A program made the translations under genes and the position numbers. A stretch of 64,000 bases of DNA, taken from positions 1-64,000 of the IMG/VR virus record IMGVR_UViG_3300042691_028844; one strand, written 5' to 3'. The notes under the pieces are model-generated. The model did not search any database, was not told the DNA's origin, and saw nothing but the letters and a program-made list of their open reading frames with translations. The DNA is from a virus. Of this stretch, positions 57,200-64,000 are shown in pieces. How positions within the stretch are numbered: the stretch's first letter is position 1; the number at the start of each line of letters is the position of its first letter.

Positions 57200-57243
57200 T
57201 TTGGAGTTAAATCTTTTAGACTGTTGTTAGCGGTCGGGTTTTA

Positions 57244-57876
57244 GTGGCTCGTCTTTTAACAGCAGAATTACAGCAAGTTCAGCAATACCTTGACGAACAA
57301 GGTGTTGTATTTGCCAGTGAGTTTACTGACGCTGCTCGGCTTGAAGTCGTTTATGCCGCAGTTAACTCTTTACTGAGGCAAGTTCCTCAAGTTCGGTCAT
57401 GCTCTCTTGATGACTATAACTTTGAGCGTGTTTGTTATCACCTTAATTACAACATCTCTGCAGTTAGCCCCGCAGACTACTCTAGGTTGCTGGAGGCTTG
57501 CAATAATATTCCTAGTGATTTTTACTACTCAAAAATCCTGAATCAGGTTGAGCGTTGCGATCGAGCCGAGGTGTACACAGAACTGGCATCCAATCGAGGC
57601 GCTAGCCAGCAGGAAGTGATTCTCGGTCAAGGAGAGGAAGTATTAAATAGAACCATAACGATTCAAGATAATCGAAAAGTTATGCGCGTCTGGCGTGAGA
57701 ACTATTTATATGAGTGTGATCGACTTTCGGCCGTTTTGCATGTAGTTAATTACAAGGATCCGGTTATTGCTCACTCTCGTTTTATCGCCACGGAGGGTGA
57801 GTTCATCCAGAGTCTTCCCGGCCCACCTAGTCCAGCGCTATACGACGATATTTTCTTTTCTACCCTTTGGCATTGA
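57244..57876 (+). CDS. Structural-region protein, paralog 1
   Basis: Aligns along its length with 57904-58524. Confidence 0.75.
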   Translation: MARLLTAELQQVQQYLDEQGVVFASEFTDAARLEVVYAAVNSLLRQVPQVRSCSLDDYNFERVCYHLNYNISAVSPADYSRLLEACNNIPSDFYYSKILNQVERCDRAEVYTELASNRGASQQEVILGQGEEVLNRTITIQDNRKVMRVWRENYLYECDRLSAVLHVVNYKDPVIAHSRFIATEGEFIQSLPGPPSPALYDDIFFSTLWH

Positions 57877-57903
57877 TTAGACTCTGTATAAACGTAACCA
57901 GCC

Positions 57904-58524
57904 GTGGCTGAATTAAGTGTTCAAGAACTAGAGCAGATTTACAGCTACCTTGCGCAGCAGGGTGTTGTAACTCAGCCCACCACCACGGATCGCACAAAAC
58001 GAGAAATCGTTTATGCGGCGCTAAATGAAATCGGCCGCAACCCTGGCAAGGTTTTTGGTTTTAAGCTAGATGACTTTAACTTCTCTAGAGTTGCGTATCA
58101 CTTAGGGTATAACGTAGCGACTGTCCCTGCTGGCGATTACTCTCGTCTGCTGCTGGCTTGTACAAGTATCCCCAGTCAGTATTTTTATGACAAGATTATC
58201 CAGCAGATTGAACGTTGCGAAGAGGCTGAAAGGCTTTCGGAATTAGCTGGTGGTAAAGGCACCAGCCGGCAAGAGATTATTCTTGGTGACGTTAGCCGTA
58301 CGATTAGCGTTCAGGATAAACAAGAGACAGCCAAAATCTGGCGGGAAAACTATATCTTTGAGACCGATAGGTTAGCCCAAATGCTGTTCGTAGCTAACTA
58401 CAGGAACCCCGTGGTTAATCGTTACCGTTTTGAGCGTAGTGGCGGCACGTATGTTCAGGCTCTGCCTGGTGCTCCCACGATGTCGCGGGCCGATCGTCTC
58501 TATTTTGCGACTAATTGGCGTTAA
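57904..58524 (+). CDS. Structural-region protein, paralog 2 (possible head-tail adaptor)
   Basis: Aligns with 57244-57876. Confidence 0.75.
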   Translation: MAELSVQELEQIYSYLAQQGVVTQPTTTDRTKREIVYAALNEIGRNPGKVFGFKLDDFNFSRVAYHLGYNVATVPAGDYSRLLLACTSIPSQYFYDKIIQQIERCEEAERLSELAGGKGTSRQEIILGDVSRTISVQDKQETAKIWRENYIFETDRLAQMLFVANYRNPVVNRYRFERSGGTYVQALPGAPTMSRADRLYFATNWR

Positions 58525-58555
58525 AGCTATTATGGTATTAAGTACTGGTGTTTAG

Positions 58556-60400
58556 ATGGCTTTACTCGATCAGCTGCTTAGAGCGGGAGGTGTTAGCCCA
58601 GCTCAGATTCAGCGTGCTTTAGAGACTGTCGGCACAACCTTACTGCAACAGGGTAATCAGACAGGTCGGGAAATTCTTCGGCGGGTTAATCCGCAGTTAG
58701 AGAGAGCAGTAGATACAACTAGGCAGCAAGGTGCGTCTAGAGCTATTCGTCAATTTGAACAAAATCAAGCTGGACGCAGAGCGGCCGAAGCCGGAAGACC
58801 TGCACCCGTCCCACAGTTTGGTGGCGGCGGGCGTCCGCCAGCTCGACCTACAACTGCTGGTGGATCTGGGGCCAACCGTCCGCCCAATCCTCCTCGGGCG
58901 TCGGCTTCGCCTGAGCCTACCCCTTCGCCCCGCTCCACTGTTTATCAGCCCCCGTTACCTAATCCGCGTGGGCCCAGAGGACAGTATCAATCTATTTATG
59001 GTGAACCGCGTTCGGTTATTGAAGCTCGTCTTCGCAGGGCTGTTCCCATTGAGCAGCCCCCAGCCACCGGGCCTGCTGTTAGTCCCGGTCAGTTAGCTTT
59101 TGACGCTCTTGGGCTGCAAGAGCCAATGGGTCCTCTCAGCAGACAACTACTTGAATCGGATCCGCAAACGTATAAGTCGATCTCGGATCTTGCTGTTGCT
59201 GCTCAGCGGCAGTTTAATGTTCCGGTAACGGTTGAGGATCTGGTTGGCCCTCGGGGTACTTCACTTCTTAATGAGCTTCAGGCGAGTAGCGGCATAGTTA
59301 GATCTTCTGGCGGTCGTGCTGCTGGTTCGCTCTCTGCGCCTCGCGTCGAAGTTACCCTTGACCCCGATCCCAGCGATATTGTCCGTCGTGGATCTTCACA
59401 GGGGGTAAGTCTGTACCCAGAAGCTTCTGATGTTATCCAGACATCCACTGGGGCATACCAGTTACCTCCAGGAGGGGTGAAAGGGTTGCGAGGGTTCGGA
59501 CCTACGGCTAATGCTGTTAGCGCCGTAGGTGAAGATGTTGTCGATATTCGGCCAGTTGTAGGCTCGCTAAGTGATGCCACTGACTTCCGAAACGCTGTCG
59601 GCGGGTTACGCCAGCGTAATCTGGGCCGTTACGTTATGCCCGGTAGTCTCGGTGTAGCAGGCGGTCTTGGGGCGGGAGCCCTTGGATATTTTGCTCTGCG
59701 GGAAGATCAGCCGCCTGCAGGGCAGCGTTTAACCGATGCACAACTGTATCCCCCGCAGGGATCTGCGCTTCCGCTGACTTCTGATGGCGGTCCGAACGCG
59801 TATCCGCCCGCCGCATTCGATCAAGGCTTAGGTTCTGGTCAAACTCAAACCGCCACTACTGGCCAGATGGGTGCGGGCACTGTAACCATTCGCATGAATG
59901 ACAGTGCAAGCAATCAACGGCAAGCAGCTCAAAACGCTGCTGCTGGTGCCGGTATGTTCGAGCCCAGACCGCAGGACTTTAGAACTCCTAGAGAGTTTTA
60001 TACCGCCGCATCCGCGTACGCCCGTCAACCTGGCGTGCGCGAGAACATTGCAGAGCAGTTAGCTCAGCGATCTGAAAGGATGGGGCAGGTTGATATGCAG
60101 GCGTGGGCTAGATCAAATCCGAGTCTCGCTTATCAGCTGTCCCTGCGTAACGCCCCGCGAGACATTTCCCAGCAGACTCCGAATATCCAGGAGGGTGCAG
60201 TTGTTACATCTTTAGGGGAAAACAACGCGAACAATATGATTGGTAATACCGCTGAAGCGGTCAGAGTCGCTGAGGGCGCTCCTTCAGATATTAGGGACGC
60301 CACTGATCCCCGGTTAGCGGTTTCACTGAAGCCCATGCCCAGGGACCTTCAAGCGTTCTTTAATCGTCCTGGTTTCGCGGGCACCTCCCGTCTGTACTGA
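58556..60400 (+). CDS. Low-complexity protein, possible internal virion protein (WAxxNPxLAY motif)
   Basis: ORF track. Confidence 0.7.
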   Translation: MALLDQLLRAGGVSPAQIQRALETVGTTLLQQGNQTGREILRRVNPQLERAVDTTRQQGASRAIRQFEQNQAGRRAAEAGRPAPVPQFGGGGRPPARPTTAGGSGANRPPNPPRASASPEPTPSPRSTVYQPPLPNPRGPRGQYQSIYGEPRSVIEARLRRAVPIEQPPATGPAVSPGQLAFDALGLQEPMGPLSRQLLESDPQTYKSISDLAVAAQRQFNVPVTVEDLVGPRGTSLLNELQASSGIVRSSGGRAAGSLSAPRVEVTLDPDPSDIVRRGSSQGVSLYPEASDVIQTSTGAYQLPPGGVKGLRGFGPTANAVSAVGEDVVDIRPVVGSLSDATDFRNAVGGLRQRNLGRYVMPGSLGVAGGLGAGALGYFALREDQPPAGQRLTDAQLYPPQGSALPLTSDGGPNAYPPAAFDQGLGSGQTQTATTGQMGAGTVTIRMNDSASNQRQAAQNAAAGAGMFEPRPQDFRTPREFYTAASAYARQPGVRENIAEQLAQRSERMGQVDMQAWARSNPSLAYQLSLRNAPRDISQQTPNIQEGAVVTSLGENNANNMIGNTAEAVRVAEGAPSDIRDATDPRLAVSLKPMPRDLQAFFNRPGFAGTSRLY

Positions 60401-60402
60401 TC

Positions 60403-60888
60403 ATGGCTGACTATTCCTCGATTGATTACAGCAGCGGTTTTAGTCAACCGTTTGATGCGTTTACAACCCCAGCTAACGCCGGCGGGTACGACTGGAGTCA
60501 GAGTACACCTTTTAGCGACCCTTATCAGCCGTCTATTCAGCAGAATGCCCCAGCGCAGACTAACTGGACAGACATTCTTAAGGGTGTAGGTATCGCTGCC
60601 GGCGGTGTTGCTAAAGGAATCGACGCTTACCGTGGCACTCCTTCCAGACCCGGTAACCCGTTCGATCAGTTTATGGCTCAAGAGGCCGAGAAGGAAAAGT
60701 ACACTCGGGAGAAAGACTTAATTGGTGCTTTACTGGAGGAGTACACCCAAGGTAAAGATAAAAAAGAACAAGATCCAGAAGGTCTCCTTTGGCTAGATCG
60801 TGTTCTCGACCCTACGAAGCGGACTAAAGTTGCCGGTATAACGAGCGATTCGCCGCGCATGGCCGGCAGTATCTTCGGGATGTCCTAA
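60403..60888 (+). CDS. Hypothetical late protein
   Basis: ORF track. Confidence 0.7.
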   Translation: MADYSSIDYSSGFSQPFDAFTTPANAGGYDWSQSTPFSDPYQPSIQQNAPAQTNWTDILKGVGIAAGGVAKGIDAYRGTPSRPGNPFDQFMAQEAEKEKYTREKDLIGALLEEYTQGKDKKEQDPEGLLWLDRVLDPTKRTKVAGITSDSPRMAGSIFGMS

Positions 60889-60900
60889 TCCTTTTTCACC

Positions 60901-61455
60901 ATGAGCTCAACTAGCACCAACAAATCGCCCTGCCTGATTGATCGCCCGTTTCTGCGTGGGGCTCGGATTACCTCGTCTACCCAGACCTGTAACCCGAGCA
61001 ATCCTAATCTTACTGACCTTATTCAGTTAGTTCGAGTAGGCGATCTTCCGTCTGAGGATGCTGCACTGATCGAGGATATCACAATCGTCTCGAACGAGGA
61101 TTATCCCGATCAATCAGGCATTCGTACAGCTGACTTAGGTTTGTACGTCTATGCACCCAATCAAGCTGCCCCTTCTACTTCTGCGGCTCTGATGGTTGGC
61201 CGCTTTGAAGTTGGTCTTAGCGGCTCCACCCACGGGTATCCTCAGTCGGTGCAACTGTTCGGCATTAACGCACCTGTTCCGCAAGTTGGGGACACAACGA
61301 TTGTTGCCCCTATTCAGTTAGGCAAGGGCGAAGGTCTTTACCTTGAAAAAGGTTACATCCTCTGCGTAGGCTACATCGGCACAGGACCGACTGCTGTTTC
61401 TGGTGGTTTAAGTCCGTCCGGTATTACTGTTTGGGCTCAGGGAGGTTTCTACTGA
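60901..61455 (+). CDS. Putative structural protein
   Basis: ORF track; MSSTSTNK.P.LIDRP N-terminus, QGGFY end. Confidence 0.7.
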   Translation: MSSTSTNKSPCLIDRPFLRGARITSSTQTCNPSNPNLTDLIQLVRVGDLPSEDAALIEDITIVSNEDYPDQSGIRTADLGLYVYAPNQAAPSTSAALMVGRFEVGLSGSTHGYPQSVQLFGINAPVPQVGDTTIVAPIQLGKGEGLYLEKGYILCVGYIGTGPTAVSGGLSPSGITVWAQGGFY

Positions 61456-61458
61456 TTT

Positions 61459-62991
61459 GTGCCCAAAAAATCTAACGGCGACAACTTTAGTTTAAAAAGG
61501 AGCCGAGGGGAAAAACCAATCCCCAAGGTTCCTAAGTTTACTGGAGCGGACACACCGCATCAGCTATCCCAGCCGATGCCGTTTAAGCGCAGGTTTCGCC
61601 CTGTCGTAGGTACAAAGAACTTCAGTCTTCTAAGTGAATATGATTACGCATCTTTGTGGTCTCGTTGGAGGCGAGGATACGAACTGTCGATGTATGCGCA
61701 GCAAGCATACAAAGGCGTAAATTACAGCTTCAAGTACTTCTACAGCGGAACAGCTGGAATAGGGTCTTACAGCCCAGGGTACGTTTATTTGTACCCAACT
61801 ACCCGAACTGACGACCGAATGTGGTCTGTCATTATTCAGCCTGAAAAAAATATAAGTTTCAAAGATTTTAGTTTAAGCATAGCGTCTGTAACGAATTACT
61901 CTGATACAGTTTATGCTGTACAGTTTTCCGATAATTTTGGGCTGCCTTTTTCACAGCTTCATGGCGACACACTGGCTAATAAGTTCACAGCGGGCGGGGT
62001 TGAAAAAGTAACTGGGTACAACAACTACACCGTCATCGGCGTGGGGAATAACGGTGTATTGGAGGCAAATCCTGATTACACACAGTATTTCAACACTTTA
62101 TTTTTAGATCACAGTCAAGCTAATAGCTGGGAAGTTGTTGACTCGAAGACTCTTAAAGTTCCAGCCTCTGGTCCTCCTGCCGTAGGCGAATTTTTGTGTA
62201 CTAACTTCAAAGCTCAATGTACTTGTCCTGATTTTGTTGGTAGAGAAACTGTTAATCTTTACGACATATCACTTAAAAAACGTTACCCCTACACTCCCCC
62301 TATCGACATGAAGCCGGGATTCTCTGATGCCGGTTCTCAGTCAGCGGAAGGACGAATTATAGATTCTATTGATAATCCTGGTTGGTCTAGGGCTTTTGGT
62401 TTTATATATCTGAACGAGATCTTTGAAATGCCTAGTTACAGCGAACGAGCGTATTCAGATCCTAATTTATTTTATTTTCAACCAAAGTGGTGTAAACATG
62501 TGTATGCCGCTGTGTTCGACTTATCTCGCACACCGAATCAAACAGCTCTTACTTCAATTTATCTACCTCAGCCAAATGACGAGCCGACCCACCCGGCTTA
62601 CCGAGAAATGTTTGACCGTGAACTAGGCAAGCAGACTGATTTTTTTGAGAGGGAACGGGACTATCGCTGGTGGCTGCGTTTTGGCCCCACGAAGCAGACA
62701 CTCCCTTCGCATATTATGCAGCCTGACACGTACAACGTGTTTTCTAAGGTAACTAACATTGGAACACTAGACAGCCCGAGCGCCGCCGTGGCATCCGGAC
62801 TCTCATTCCTTGATGTAAATTCTTACAGCCCTTTTATTCCTTCTAGTGGCGTCGATTCTTATGTCAGTGATATATATGCTAGTGGTGTGTTGGCGACCTT
62901 CGATGCTGTTAACATAATTGACGGGGGGACGTATGCTAGCGGCGTACTTACATCACCATCTGCATACGCTATTAACGGAGGCACGTATTAG
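61459..62991 (+). CDS. Protein with split SWIM-type Zn finger
   Basis: CTCPDF ... WCKHVYA. Confidence 0.7.
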   Translation: MPKKSNGDNFSLKRSRGEKPIPKVPKFTGADTPHQLSQPMPFKRRFRPVVGTKNFSLLSEYDYASLWSRWRRGYELSMYAQQAYKGVNYSFKYFYSGTAGIGSYSPGYVYLYPTTRTDDRMWSVIIQPEKNISFKDFSLSIASVTNYSDTVYAVQFSDNFGLPFSQLHGDTLANKFTAGGVEKVTGYNNYTVIGVGNNGVLEANPDYTQYFNTLFLDHSQANSWEVVDSKTLKVPASGPPAVGEFLCTNFKAQCTCPDFVGRETVNLYDISLKKRYPYTPPIDMKPGFSDAGSQSAEGRIIDSIDNPGWSRAFGFIYLNEIFEMPSYSERAYSDPNLFYFQPKWCKHVYAAVFDLSRTPNQTALTSIYLPQPNDEPTHPAYREMFDRELGKQTDFFERERDYRWWLRFGPTKQTLPSHIMQPDTYNVFSKVTNIGTLDSPSAAVASGLSFLDVNSYSPFIPSSGVDSYVSDIYASGVLATFDAVNIIDGGTYASGVLTSPSAYAINGGTY

Positions 62992-64000
62992 TGACTACTA
63001 CTCCCGTAGTTATTCTTCTTAAGAGATCTTCTCTAGATTCGGATCGTCCTAGCGGAGTTATCATCCAATACGGAGAATTGGCTCTGTGCCGAGGATCCGG
63101 AGACCCCGGTCTGTATTTTGAAGATAACGCCGACAATATTGTAAAGATTGGACCTCCAGGATACGGTCCCGTCGCACCGAACGCAAATTACGTTGGGTCG
63201 TCTGGCAACTCCCTAGGCGAACCGTGGAATGACACCTCAAGTCCAACGCCGTATTACAGAGTATGGAATGGCGCGATTTGGGCAAAAATTAACGCTGGTT
63301 TTGCTGACACAGCTACTATAGCTTCTGGCGCTATTCTGGCTTCGGGTTCTTTATTAGCCTCAGGCGCATACTTAGCCTCAGGAGCTATTCAAGCTTCTGG
63401 CGCTATTCTGGCTTCGGGTTCTTTATTAGCCTCAGGCGCATACTTAGCCTCAGGAGCTATTCAAGCTTCTGGCGCTATTCTGGCTTCGGGAGCTATACAA
63501 GCATCAGGTGCATACTTAGCCTCAGGAGCTATTCAAGCCTCTGGTGCTATTCTGGCTTCGGGTTCTTTATTAGCCTCAGGTGCATACTTAGCCTCAGGAG
63601 CTATTCAAGCCTCTGGTGCTATTCTGGCTTCGGGAGCTATACAAGCATCAGGAGCGTACTTGGCGTCGGGCGCTATCCTGGCATCTGGTGCGATAGAAGC
63701 GCAAACAGCTACTTTGGCTTCCGGAGCTATTCTGGCTTCTGGCGCCGTGGAAGCTTACAGTGTCTTACTTTCGTCAGGCACACTACAAGCTTCAGGAGCT
63801 TTATTAGCTTCTGGTGCATATATTGCTTCGGGTGCTATTTTAGCGTCGGGCGCTATCCTGGCATCTGGTGCGATAGAGGTCGTCACTGTGGTTTCTAGCG
63901 GTCTTCCCGACCCCGTTTCTACTGCATCTGGGGTCTTGTATCTTCAACTTGAGCCATCTGGAACATACGGCTCTGGTCTGTATGTTAGAGCTGGTTCTGC
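62991..64000 (+). CDS. Tail fibre-like protein with (ASGxxx)n repeats; truncated by window end
   Basis: Manual translation from GTG 62991: ILLKRSS...RP...GELAL...PGLYFED...VKIGP, then hexapeptide repeats; no stop. Confidence 0.8.
   Translation, partial: MTTTPVVILLKRSSLDSDRPSGVIIQYGELALCRGSGDPGLYFEDNADNIVKIGPPGYGPVAPNANYVGSSGNSLGEPWNDTSSPTPYYRVWNGAIWAKINAGFADTATIASGAILASGSLLASGAYLASGAIQASGAILASGSLLASGAYLASGAIQASGAILASGAIQASGAYLASGAIQASGAILASGSLLASGAYLASGAIQASGAILASGAIQASGAYLASGAILASGAIEAQTATLASGAILASGAVEAYSVLLSSGTLQASGALLASGAYIASGAILASGAILASGAIEVVTVVSSGLPDPVSTASGVLYLQLEPSGTYGSGLYVRAGS
63321..63878 (+). repeat. 31 x 18-bp coding repeat with 72-bp higher-order unit
   Basis: 72-bp units start at 63321, 63393, 63465, 63537, 63609. 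Confidence 0.9.

Overview
This window is a 64-kb segment of a lytic tailed dsDNA phage, most likely a freshwater cyanophage. The host inference rests on an NblA-like gene, cyanobacterial-type boxA motifs GAACCTTGA(A/C)AA and several small ORFs typical of cyanophages. No integrase, CRISPR array or reverse transcriptase is visible. The left arm (1-25.3 kb, almost all minus strand) holds a GC-rich array of translationally coupled mini-genes built from shared N- and C-terminal blocks (1-2.6 kb). It continues with a replication module (D5/P4-type primase-helicase, PD-(D/E)XK nuclease, SSB-like protein, family A DNA polymerase), a MoxR AAA+ ATPase/vWA pair and about 20 small early genes. The hinge (25.4-26.8 kb) is a densely base-paired non-coding region of about 830 nt. 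It is preceded by an rRNA-leader-like promoter-hairpin-boxA element and by a roughly 80-bp alternating purine/pyrimidine tract. The right arm (26.8-64 kb, mostly plus strand) holds three tRNAs, dCMP deaminase, and glycosyltransferases/methyltransferases interleaved with TerL, portal, scaffold, major capsid and tail-type genes. It ends in a truncated fibre gene with (ASGxxx)n repeats. The most promising leads are: (1) the rrn-like boxB/boxA leader with its large structured RNA, (2) the mix-and-match mini-gene array, (3) a candidate virion glycosylation system, and (4) a shared FLxxY motif in small late proteins. All functional calls come from motif recognition by eye; no database searches were run.
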